Positions 1 to 11,610 of a stretch of DNA of 64,000 nucleotides are shown piece after piece. Where the stretch lies: positions 2,083,927 to 2,147,926 of the forward strand of contig OZ316898.1 in the NCBI GenBank assembly GCA_973895155.1, read 5' to 3'. Below the pieces are notes generated by a model. The model saw nothing but the letters and a program-made list of their open reading frames with translations, had not been told where the DNA came from and searched no databases. Both the position numbers and the translations under genes were made by a program. The stretch is from Marsupella aquatica (lineage: Eukaryota > Plantae > Marchantiophyta). The first letter of the stretch is position 1; the number at the start of each line of letters is the position of its first letter.

Positions 1-393
1 TCGTTGTGCTCTCTCCTATTCGCACTCGGTCGTTGGGAGCGCTCGTTGGATTCGTAAATTCGTTCGCGATTACAGGGCAGTAGGTTAGGTTTAATCATTT
101 TGTTAAAGCGCAGCAATCTTAGCTGTATTAAATAACACTCATCATTTCATTTGGTCAAGTCTTTTGCAAGGGCGAAGCATTTTCTCAAGCTCCCGCGAAG
201 AAATCTTAGCTCTACTCACTCTGTCGTTTGCTACGATATCTGGTAATGTGCACAGGAAGCTGCAGCACATCGAATCATGAATCCAATACCGATCGAAGAA
301 GACGCCCATCGATCAATTCGGAGCAGCAGACTGATATTGATTGTCGTTGCGTCGTGCCCTCCTCGTCCTTCCCTCGACGCCCTAAACTCTATT

Positions 394-730
394 AGGGCGT
401 CTCAACCCTATAGCATTGCGGGCTCCTTCCGGTCACCCAGATGCCTCAGCATTGCGGGCTCCTTCCGGTCACCCAGATGCCTCAGGTCGCTTCCTGAAAA
501 TGAACACCGGGCCCCAAAATCGGGTGCTCAAAAAACGGAGGTTGAACCTTGACTCGAACCTAATTTAAGTCAGTCCGTGACGGACAGAGTCTAAGTCCGG
601 GTCATAAAAAAAACAGGTAAAAAATTTGCGGGAGTGAACTCGGTGGGCCGACCACCTGATTCGGACTACCCCGGTCATGGAAGTACCCGGTGTACATGGG
701 GAATGCAAAAGTTTATCTTTGAGACGCCCT
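394..730. mobile_element. Non-autonomous MITE of PIF/Harbinger superfamily (Pangu-like, ANT TSD)
   Basis: TIRs AGGGCGTCTCAA (394-405) and TTGAGACGCCCT (719-730) are flanked by the 3-bp direct repeat ATT (391-393, 731-733). The TIR is the same as that of the adjacent large element. Confidence 0.85.
412..483. repeat. Exact 36-bp tandem duplication inside the MITE
   Basis: agcattgcgggctccttccggtcacccagatgcctc occurs at 412-447 and 448-483. Confidence 0.95.
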
Positions 731-990
731 ATTAGTAGGGCGTCTCAAACTTGGCCGTCCGAGTCTTTTCCCGGACGGCCGTCCCCCCAAGTTGAGGTCC
801 GAAACGGTGACTGGAACCGCAGTTCCGGGTGAGTTTAAGCCTGGGGGTACTAACTTTGAGAGGGGTCAATAAGTGCCCCCCACGGATGACGCAGACTTCC
901 AAACCAGCCCCCGCCCATGTGTAGTTCAAAATGCAAATTTGCCACGGCGTGACGGAGTGCTTCCACTCCTCACAATGAGCACGTCAATTC

Positions 991-2474
991 GTGCATATTT
1001 TGACAAAGAGCCATGAATGTGCAGCTGTTTTGGCTGAGAGATTTGAAAGTTGTCGTTCCCCCTCAAAATTTCTCAAAAATTTGGGTAGTGCGAGTGAGGC
1101 TCCTCATATGGACTATACGGTGGACCACGAAGGTGTTAACTTTGCAGGTGAACGTGTTGAAGCAGAGCGCTTTCAATTTTTGGATTCGCCCCCTCTGATT
1201 GTGAGCGATTCTCAGACAGTCAAAGCGATGGTGGTTGCTGGTGCATCAGCTGGAGCACAAGGAAGACCTGCACCACATGCGACCGTGAACATTCCTACTG
1301 AGAACAAGAAGTTGTCTAGGGAGGACCTATCAAAGATCGTTGATTGGCTCGAAAATGCTGATAACTATGCGATGCTTCATGGGACACAATCAAGGCTATC
1401 GGTTGGTGATAAGCATCCGTCGAAGAAAACTGTGTTTAAGCTTATGCTTATTATGCTGCATTCCAACGGATTTGCAAAGTTTGTCCAAATAGGAGAGAAT
1501 TTGGGCAAGAGAAAGCAGATACATGAGCAAGTTTAAGGAGGCGTTGGCAATGAAGAATGATTTGGGTGCTGGGCTCACCCTGGCAGAGCTAAGAGTGGGG
1601 ATTACACTTGACGGTAAGCTTGACAAGATATGCCCGCACTTTGAAAGGATGAATGCACTTTATGGGGAGCGTGCAAATGTGGCTCCTCCTGCACTAGGGC
1701 AATGCGGTATCCCTGGACAGCCTGAGCTCATATATGATCCAGGATCTGATGAAGAAGAGCCCTATGGTGACAGTGTTGGCCCGCAACAGGATGAATCTGA
1801 GATGGCTGACGACAATGGACCACAGACGCAGCACGAACGGGAGCACGAAGGCGTGACCAATGCTGGTGTTGAAACCGAGGCCCAACCTTGCGCCACTGAG
1901 CAGGGTACTGCTAATACTGGGACACCAGGATATGTTGAGAAGGAGTCACAAGCTAGGCCAATCCCAACTCCAACTCCGGTCGGGAATGGGCAAAGGCGGG
2001 TTCCTAATAAGAGATCAGCTCCACCATCATCACAGGCACAGTCAAGGACAAGTATGGCTGATCTTTATTTAGATAAGCTTAGTGACAAATTGTTGTACAA
2101 ACGAGAGATGATCCAGACCAAGGATAAGTGGAGAACCCAAGAATTGGTTGATAGGCGAGAGGCGAGAAAAGTTGCTGCAGCTCAGCTAGACAAAAACAAC
2201 CAATTGCAGAGGATGCAAGTAGACAAAAACAATCAAATGCAAATTAAGGAGACATGAGGAGAAGAGGGCACGGTTGGAGCACAAACACCAGGTGGATTTG
2301 ATTGATCGCCAGCAGCACACAACGTTACTTACCAAGCTTGTTAGGAGCAACAGATCAAAAGATGAGTTGGTAGCGCTATTGAGTATTTCCCCCTGGTCCT
2401 ATCAATGTCAATCCACCCGGAAGGACTTGTCCTCCTACTACTGCAATGCCATGTGCTCCCAACACGCCAATTGA
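991..2474 (+). pseudogene. Harbinger accessory (ORF1, Myb/SANT-like DNA-binding) protein, frameshifted
   Basis: Overlapping ORFs 991-1536, 1523-2257 and 2274-2474 read as one protein. Motifs 'IVDWLENADNY...' and 'LDKICPHFERMNALYGERANVAPP' are followed by a low-complexity linker and a coiled-coil-like tail, as is typical of Harbinger second ORFs. Confidence 0.65.
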
Positions 2475-2999
2475 CTTAGATGAATAGTTTTTTTACATAC
2501 ACTTAGCTGCACATTACCCAATGTCGATGCAGCCTTCTAGACATTGCTCTGTTGCAAGGCTCAAATTTTGAATAAAGGTTCTCTTTTGTGAAATGGATGT
2601 GTTTTCAATGAAGTCCTCTTGAACTGGTTTGTTTGCAATTCTCAAGTGGATCCTATCTGTTCTTCTCTCTGGACCATGATTGACAGTCTGGGTATATAAG
2701 CATGCATCTCCACTGCTCTTTGCAACACTGGGCTAATTTCTGAAGATCTCCATTGTAGACTGGATCGTGCATTGAAAACTTACTTCATTCCAAGACAATA
2801 GAAGCTTTACAAATCACAATTGTATGTCTTCAAGTGCTCACAATGCAAGCACATATTTTAGAAGTGGCAAGATTACAAAAATGCAGAGCCAAGCTTTTAA
2901 ATGCTCAAGGCATTTGACTAAGTTGGTACCAAATGTCAAGCGGTTGACATTGGGTCTTGACACCAAAGCTGTCACTATTGGGTGCCAAAACTATCTCCT

Positions 3000-5540
3000 T
3001 TGTACCTGAGGATCACGGAGGGATGTTGTGAAGGCTGGTATACGCCGGTTTATCCCCTTAACGCCAGACTATCATAGCAAGACTCTGTCACACATCACCC
3101 AAGCTCAATCCCAAAGGACCAAGGTTGGGAATCAGCTCTTGCACTCATGATAGTTCTGGTGAGAAGGGGGTCTTCATGTCGGGCCCGTACACATAGGGCC
3201 TAGCGCTACGGTGCGCATATGTCTATACGTATGCTTACTGCCATAGGTATGTTTCTATTCCGCCGCCGGAATGTACCCATAAATCAATGACTCTGACTGG
3301 TTCCCGGCTTAGGGACTTCTAAGCCATTGCCCCACCACTCTGCCATTCCACTCCCAGCAATCAGAGTTATGACAGCCCTCACCCAACCCACTTCAATGCA
3401 CCCGGTACACCTCTCAGTGGCGCTGCTAGTCCCATCATACACTCAGATTGCCTCACACACACACACACATCCATGAGAGAAATGAGGCCTGAGAGGAAAA
3501 CTCAATTAGATTCAAAGATGTGCACAATAGTTCACTGAGAACACTTGATTCGAACAATAGTCCCGAAGGCTGTCTACTCCAGATTGCGACGTGCTTGCCC
3601 TGCAAGCCCCGTGCTTGCCATGCAAGCTCAATCCTGAACCTGAGCCCGGCTCACTCCAGATTGCGACGGCAGATTGGACTCGAACCAATCCCGTACTTGC
3701 CTTGCAAACTCAATCCTGAACTCAACCTCCTTCACTGCACTTCATTCTTGGGGGCACATATAGATCTCACACCTCCATTTCAGAATGTCAAGTTACGCAT
3801 GCACAGTTGACTCGACTTCAAAGCTGGTACCAGGCCTAACGGCGATCTACCCCAGACTGCAATGAGGCCCGGCCTCATGCTTGCCCTGCAAGCTCAGCTC
3901 TGGCCATAAATCCCTTAGTGCTCTCTACCAGACAAAGGCCGGGACTCCCCACGGATCACGTAGCCTTGCCAAACTGAACTGTAAATGCTCCTCCTGCTGC
4001 ACCTCGATCAGTGTCTCAGCCTCCCTACTGTGCTCATCGTAAATGCAATCAAAATCCTCCCCACAGTTTACAATCACCAATACGTCACCTATCACCAAGG
4101 CTATGTATCGGGGGAAAAGAACCCAGTTGTGCTGCCCACTAGAAAAAGCCACAATCCAGCTCGCAAACCTGGCAAACCATTGCTGTGAAGCTTGGCTGAT
4201 TACTCCCTGAGTAATAGCACAACCTAGCTCTCCCCAACACACGACGTCCAAGTCCAGCCTTGCTTGCACACAGCTCCTCCCTGATGCTCAGTCTACGTGA
4301 GATCACACAACTGAAGTCCCCCCCCCGCCTCTACCGGGGGGGGCTGCCCTATATACTCTCACACTAAGCCCAAATTGGTGGATGCTATGTTGTTGGCGCC
4401 CCATCCTAGCCCTAACAGAGCCGCCACTATATCTAACTACTAAACCCTAACTCGCAACTTTATTTCTATCTCAAACTGACTATGTATTTCGGATTTGGCC
4501 CTCCTCCACAATTTTCGCGAGCTTGCACCTCCTCTCTAGATTTCTCTATTCAACCATTTGCTGCGTGGATAGCAGCATTGGAAGCGGCTTGAGCTCCTCT
4601 TTCCAACGAGGTCAATTATAGCCGATTTGGGCAAATACAAAGAAAGTTATGCCCCCGCAACCGAGAGGGGGTACGCATTGTTGCGCTAACCCGAGTTACA
4701 TAGTTAACCCGAGTTTGGCTAACCAAGCTATCCTATCTAGCCCGAGTAGAGCTAACCCGTGGCCTCTGGCTAATCTGCTACCCGCTAGTCTGCTACCCGC
4801 TAGTCCGCTAGTCTGCTAGCCGCTAGTCTGTAGCCGCTAGTCTGCTATCCGCTAGTCTGCTAGTCTGCTAGCCGCTAGTCTGCTAGCCGCTAGTCTGCTA
4901 GCCGCTAATCTGCTAGCCGCTAGTCTGCTAGCCGCTAATCTGCTAGTCTGCTATCCGCTAGTCCGAGCCCAAACCCGAGCTGACCTATCCTAACCCGGGC
5001 CCGAGGTCAGGCTAACCCAAACTTGGGCTAAGCCTAAGCTGAAGCCGGGCTGACCTAGGCTAAGCCGTGGCCAAGCTTAGGTTAACCCAAAACCGAAGCC
5101 AAACCTGCTAATTCCAGCCACAAGTTAACCCGACACGCTAACCAGGCCGTATCTTTCTTAATACACCTCCGTTTCCCGAGTGTCTTATATCGATTTTACT
5201 TGCCTTGACTAGATCTTTCCAATGCTCTTTATAGATCCGGATTTGGCAACACATTGAAAGAGATACGGTCACCGACCACCCGCGACATATGATTGCCCTT
5301 ATTCTTGCCATCTCGTTGATCCTTCTACAGTCTCACAGTTACTTACTGTGCATAGCATACCAATTCCATCGTATTATTGAATAAGGACCATGTCACCGGT
5401 GTCACACCAAACTACAACTTGTAACTAATTAAACTATAGCCGATCATTGGCTTTAATCATCTGCTACCTCCTACCACCAAGTAACTCCTACTAGCTACGC
5501 TTAAGTCCTCCCAGCTACGATTGAACAAGGAAGCCGATCA
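3000..5540. mobile_element. Probable nested LTR-derived insertion (solo-LTR-like), boundaries unresolved
   Basis: About 2.5 kb of non-coding sequence separates the 3' ends of the two transposon ORFs. It has a TATA-like motif on the minus strand (around 4345-4360) and a tandem-repeat tract. No convincing TG..CA ends with a matching TSD were found. Confidence 0.35.
4770..4965. repeat. Minisatellite of ccgctagtctgctag-type units
   Basis: About 13 degenerate copies of a 15-bp unit built from (ct/cc)gctag sub-units, followed by ctaacccg/aagcc repeats to about 5140. Confidence 0.9.
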
Positions 5541-7112
5541 TTGGCTGTTAAACAAACAGATCCTATGAGCTATGTTTGAACAATCAAGCTTCACGGTGTA
5601 AAAATTGCCCCGGTTGACAATAGTGTTCCAAAGCAGTATCCATAACTCGAACAATAGTGCCTTGCCAGCTCGCACTAGAGCACGTCGCAAAACTACCCTA
5701 GGATCTCGCTTTGCATCAGCCGGTCCACCAACATTGGGCTCTGGATAGAAGTCCTCTTGGGTTTCACCATCTTGCTCTCTCTGCAGCGCAGTATCCTCGG
5801 GTGTCCATGCATCCTGCCTGTGAAGCACATAGTTATGCAATTTCCCACACAAATTGATCCACCTTACCATCCATAGGCTGTCCTTCTTTGAATTCAATTG
5901 AGTTCGAACTTCTTTTAAAGAATGCCATCTGCTCTTCAAAACTCCAATGCAGTGCTCATTGGTTACCCTGCACTTGGCAACACAAGTAGTGAAGTTCTCT
6001 TTATCTGGTACCATGTCAGTCCTTTTAAATGCGGAAACCAGGTGTGGAAGGGCCTGATAGCCTGAATCTCCTAAAATGTACTGGTCAGATTCAAATAGAG
6101 CATTCCTTCTGACATCAGTCAGAAAGGAAAAGAGTGGAGACTTTTGCTCACAAGTCAAGTCGGAGCATGATCCAGGCATTCCTATAGCAAGGCACAAATA
6201 GCAGTAGTCATTGGTTGATATTGGAATGCCCCTTGTATCAACCAATGATCTGTACATTGGCTCACCTGAGAACAAGAACATGATTCTTCTGTGGTGGTCA
6301 CAGACCACCTGTACATTTATGGAATATCGACTCTTGCGATCATAGTAGCACTCTCCATGAACGCCAAGATGCTGAGCCAAGGGGCACAGGCTTCCATCAA
6401 TCAGACCGATACAGCCTGGAAATCCTAACCTTGCAAATGCCTCCAAACTTGCAGCTCGTTCCCTGCTGGTAGGCCACTAGATATAGTCGCTTAAAACATC
6501 ATCCAAAGCCTCAAAGGTACGTTTTGAGTAGTTGACAATTGAACCACAACTCACACCCCATGTGGGGATCATATGATTTAAGCAAGCACCATTCCCATCA
6601 TGACCAAGCCTGTCTAGGCAGACAGCTAATTGGGCCTCAATAGGTGCTTGCTGACAATTAGATTCATTCTGGAAGATAGGGTGTCCTTCAATCAAGCCTA
6701 GAAGGTGATAGAAAGAGGACTTGTCCATCCTAGTGAGTTGCCTAAACAAAGGATCTGCCAAGCAATGAAAGAACTGTTGTGCAAATTCCTTAGATTTCAG
6801 GCTCACATGACGATGAACAATAACGAGTATTATACAACACAAAATATAGCTCTAAGAGGTCTGTTGGATTCTCATCATTCTCCAAATCCTCTTCCCTATT
6901 TTGATCCTCAGATGAGCTATCCAAAGGCAGTCTGAATCACTGTCAGTCCTCTCAGAAATATGAGAGTCAACTTCAGAGAATCCATGGAGGTCAAGGTCTT
7001 CAGATCCAGTATCTTGAGAACTCTTCGAACTCTGAACAACAATGGCTAGTTCAAGTTGTTGTTTGACTCGTTTCAAGCCTCTCTGCCTGTTTGAAAAGCG
7101 AGGCATGTTCAA
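5538..7112 (-). pseudogene. PIF/Harbinger DDE transposase (DDE_Tnp_4/HARBI1-like), disabled
   Basis: HTH region 'FRQLTRMDKSSF...QLAVCLDRLGHDGNGA'; catalytic motifs GFPGCIGLIDGS, YILGDSGY and NEHCIGVLKSRW. There is an 84-nt GT-AG intron at 6265-6182, an in-frame TAG at 6479-6477, and frame changes near both ends. Confidence 0.88.
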
Positions 7113-7267
7113 CCCTAACAGCTGTGAAGAAGTGATAAAGTCAGTTTATACCAAAATGAGCCAAATTTTATTCAATAAGTATAAATTCATTCTAAGCTTG
7201 CAACATTGCGCATCCTGAAAGTGTATACATTTTGAATATGAGGGCCGAGTGCATACAATTGTAATCC

Positions 7268-7942
7268 CTAATCCGAGTCCTCTAAATCTGCATTCTTCAA
7301 TTGCAACACAAGGTCTGCTAGGATTTTCTTGGCACTCTTAGGTTTCCCAGGACTGGACTTTGGTTTGACAAGGGTTTTTGTAGGTGTCTTGGGAATTTCA
7401 GGATCCACAAAACTCAATCTTTGAATGTGCATCTCGAGTCCCTTCACTTCAAGAGAGACTTGTAGCTTGGGCGAATGCTTCAGAATGTCATAAATAATCT
7501 GAATTTGCTCAAATTCAGGTAGAATGCTGAATTCAAGTGCTGTATAATTCAAGAGAATGGTAGCGCAATTCCACAGCAGGACTGTCACAGGCTGCACACC
7601 ACCATGAATGGCATCAAACAAGACCAGTTGGAATCAAAAGGCAGGTTCTCCAGGTAAGTGATGTCCACATTTATCGCCCCATTCTAAAGATTTGTTACAT
7701 CAATGGCCATCATTGTCCCTATGAGGGCAAGAGGAGTAAACAAATTTTTGAGGGTAGGGATTTTGAGCTGTGTAGTTTGCTGCCCAAACTAAAGACGGTG
7801 CGAACTGCGTACTCATGCCTCTAGCCCTCTTCTCCTCCATGTCTGACAAAGAAATCCAATGAGCCATGGCCTCCTGGCAAACGACAAAGCATTCAGCCAT
7901 TTCAACATCCCTTGTCCTGGTTGTGAGCATTGCAGGAAACAA
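7268..7942 (-). pseudogene. Third, degenerate ORF of unknown function inside the transposon
   Basis: ORFs 7700-7942 and 7268-7621 are in the same frame, separated by two TGA codons, and lie inside the TIRs. Confidence 0.35.
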
Positions 7943-8939
7943 AAGCGGAAAAACATTGAGGTGATCTTTAACTTACAATTAGGTGTGAGTCGAGTGCCAA
8001 ACAATCGGGGTCGTCATGCAAGTATGCTCAGTCGTAGCCTCTCAGGATGTCGAAGGTGGGTCCTTTACACTCAGCCGTAGTTTTGTTTACACTCACTTGC
8101 AACTCCTCACTGACAGCTCCTCACTTGTAGCTGCTCACAAAATTGAGCATCAACATGCAGCTCTAGCATGTCAGCCTAAAGCGATCTAGTGTACTCTAAA
8201 TGACTTGCTTAAGTGGGAGCCCAAAACCATAACAAACGTACAGGAAAAAAGCGTGAATCGCTATGAGTTGACAGCCTTGCGATCGTGGGCGCCCTGCATG
8301 TAGTTGCACAAACACGCACAGTGCGAGAAGGAACAGTCAGCCTCAACAGTTTCTCTATTGCGCGCAACTAGTTTCTCTGTCACTGCGTCCCTCAGACGAT
8401 AGGGTTAGTCATGGACCCACTCGGGTCACGGTAACGGTAATGTGACCGTCCGAGTTATTGACGGTCACCAATTTCGGGCACTGCCCACTTTCCGGTCACG
8501 ATTCTGCCCGCACAATTTTGGCACAGTAAAACAACCTGGGAAATCAATAGTTTGAGACGCCCTAGTATCCACTCTAGTAGTGTAGTAATCCGTCCTCTTC
8601 CCTATCCTCGACCTTGACGCAAACTGTGCAACCTTTTTTAGATTGAATGGGGAAGATTGTTGCGCAGCCTTATTTAGATTGAATGTGATAAGTATATTTA
8701 GATTGAATGTGATAAGTACTTGACTAGACTGTAAGCATAACTTATGAGAGTAAGAGTCTGGATATAATGATATATGATTCTCCAGATCGAAGGAGATCTT
8801 GACAATCTGGTAAGATTTTGAGAGTCTCGGAGCACTTGTTAGCTATGGAGAAAGAACTTGAGTGTAATCTTTTTAGTATCTTTAGTTTTCTAGGTCGGGT
8901 AATCATTTGCTAAGAGATCCTCTCTCGTCAAAAACTACT

Positions 8940-9128
8940 GTCACCACTAGGGTATGTCAGGTGGATGTGCAAGTGTGTACCTTTTGTAATATTTCAAGTG
9001 GAATATAACTAATTCTTTATTTTCTTCATTCAAGGTCACCACTAGGGTATGTCAGGTGGATGTGCAAGTGTGTACCTTTTGTAATATGTCAAAGAGTGGA
9101 ATATAACTAATTCTTTATTTTCTTCATC
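8940..9128. repeat. About 90-bp tandem duplication
   Basis: gtcaccactagggtatgtcaggtggatgtgcaagtgtgtacc...ttttcttcat occurs at about 8940 and about 9035. Confidence 0.9.
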
Positions 9129-9563
9129 CAATGCCAAAGTGATCGGTGTGATTTTAACTTTTCTTTTTGTGACCTCCTTGGAATTTCACTTACATTTTAG
9201 TGAAACGTTCCTAAAATTGCATGTGCAATAAGGCGTGTCAAAGAAGGGCCCTAACGGAGTATGACCAAGTATATAAAACGCTACCTAACTATGTGACATG
9301 CCCTAATGATGAAAATTTGCTCAATAGAGAATAATTCAATTACAAGGGTTTAGAGGGTGAAGATGACAACATACATGACATCTATATGACTCTGTGTTCT
9401 TTAGTATGTTGAGCCAATGCATATATCGAGAAAGTATGTGGGAAAGTCTCATGTCTTACCAGTTTCCATAGATGATTTACATTAACTAACTTTCCCAAAT
9501 ATCTCAATCATTGACCTGGAAATATATCAGCACCGCACGTTAAATCTATGTTAATCGTACAAC

Positions 9564-9907
9564 TGTTAGATATTGCTCTAGTCTTGTAACTCTTGTGCTA
9601 ACCACAGTTAGGCTAACTCGGATTAGGACTTAGCTAAGGTTAGCGGTAGTGCTGTTGTGCATATAGCCAGGGCTAATGCCAGACCCTGGTGGAACTTAGG
9701 CTCATTGTTACGGAGCTAGTTGAGAGATAGGAAGAGCTTGTGCTGTGGATGCTTGGTATGGCCGGTCGGCCTAGAGTGCAGTAAAGCTCTTGTGTGTTCC
9801 CGTGGACGTAGCCTCATGTGGAGGTGAACCACGTATCTCTCTATGTCGACTATTGTGCATTGGATGGTTCATGGGCTTGCCGTTGCGAATGTCGTCTATG
9901 CTCAACA
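9564..9907 (+). repeat. 5' LTR
   Basis: TGTTAGATAT...GCTCAACA; I see 3 substitutions relative to the 3' LTR. Confidence 0.97.
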
Positions 9908-9909
9908 AG

Positions 9910-9921
9910 TGATATCAGAGC
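9910..9921 (+). promoter_or_regulatory. Primer-binding site (initiator tRNA-Met), one mismatch
   Basis: TGATATCAGAGC versus the canonical TGGTATCAGAGC, immediately after the 5' LTR. Confidence 0.85.
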
Positions 9922-11610
9922 ATGCCTGGGAGGTGACGAGGTTTTTTTATGACAGGTTTTTCCAGCGTTCATTGTCGATGGTACATTCAGAGTTTCGTCG
10001 CATGAAACTTGATTGTGTGTGGCTGAGCGGATAGGTTAGTGAGTTCTAACGGTGGTTAGAGCTCGCTGATCGGTATCCGTGGTGCGGAGGAATTAAAGTT
10101 TGCGTCGTTCAGGGTTTATTCGTGTTCGACGGTATTTTCGGGGGAGAAACCAGAGATCATTTCTTCAACGATGTGAGCTGTGCGGTGTGCGGGGTGTCGC
10201 ATGTGATAGTTCAAGTTGAAGGTTGGAGCGTGCTGGTCATTTTGGTATCTAGTTTGCTGACGTTTGCGAAACAAGTGCGTCGTGACGAGTGAAGGAGGCG
10301 TTCTGGTTTTTTGACAAGCTATGGTGCTTGTTTTTCCCTAAACCGGATTACTCGTCGTGACGCTTGACTCGGAGGAAGAAATGCAAAGTGTTGAGGCTCA
10401 ACGGAGAGATCATGGCGAGACGGTCATTTTGAGTCCGGGATTGGCACTTGACGCGGAGTGAAGGTGACGCAACAGAAGTTCTTTCTCCGGTGGAGCTTCA
10501 GACGTGCCGGTGCAATTCGGAAACATTTTCATGTCGGCGGTCATCACTTTTCTCATTGGAAACCAAAGCGGAGGCGGCTGAGGTTTGTAACACGGCCTTT
10601 GTGTCATTTTGGGCACATTTTTAAGGTTAGTTTAGGGCATTTTTTGTCCCAATACGGCCCCAATACCCGACAAAACAGGTTCGCCATACGCCCCGGCGTG
10701 CACACCGGCCTCCCACACCCCTTTAAGCGCAAAACATGCTTTTTTGGGCCCAAATACGGCCAAAAACGCCCATACACGGCCCAAAAATGCGAAAATACAC
10801 GCGCTTTGACCCCTTTAAACCCATTTTTTCACGTTTTTTGCTGTTTATACGCGATTCTGGCCGCGAATACGCACGCATTGCCGCGAATATGTGCGCCTTT
10901 GCCAGGGGCTTTAAGACCCCTTTAGAGAGTGTTTTTCTGATTTTTTTTCTCTCCTCCTCCTCATTGGTTGTGCCTCATCCCGGGCCCTATGACCCTCCGT
11001 TTAGGGGGAACGACCCCCTGTGAGCCCTGTTGGACTGTGCGGGAATATTCCCAAAAAAACATAGAGCTGTTTTTCGGCCATCACACAAAGATTCCGTCCG
11101 CAGCACGGTAACTTTTTTGGTTCTTTTTTGGTGAGGACGGTGCCACTGGAGTTAGCAACGCGGCGCACCGATCACATCGCGATTCCGACGACAGGTTGTA
11201 CTTGGTATTTTGGTTATTCTCCGAGGTGGTCAAAACGGGGGAGTTTCCCAAGGTTTTACCCACCCTGACCAAAATTTGAATAACTTTTCTGTCGAATTTC
11301 AATTTTGATTTTGGATTTCAGTATTGGACTCCTAGCTTTGTGGGCTACGCGGCGGTGTTGAGTTTTGAGTTTTATGAGAAGTTTCAAAAAAAGACTTTTT
11401 TCGTGATTGTTTCATATGAGTGACTCGGAGGATATTGGAAGAATTGGCATCGGTGGAGCTTCAGGATCGAGACGGTCAGACGGAAAGTCAGAGGAGGAGC
11501 TGCTACCGTTTGAGGAGGAACTTATAACACCGGTACGATCATCGGTGTGACGTGCAGTGAAGGAAGCCGTGTTACTACCAGAGCTATCGGTAGTAGGGAA
11601 GAAGAGGGAG

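Larger units (their letters stand above)
737..8563. mobile_element. Full-length but defective PIF/Harbinger-superfamily (Pangu-like) DNA transposon
   Basis: Perfect 15-bp TIRs AGGGCGTCTCAAACT (737-751) and AGTTTGAGACGCCCT (8549-8563); TSD AGT (734-736, 8564-8566). It contains a DDE_Tnp_4-type transposase on the minus strand and a second ORF on the plus strand. Confidence 0.9.

Noticed and set aside
10458-11023. ORFs in the copia leader
   Set aside because: Low-complexity translations with no recognisable domain.
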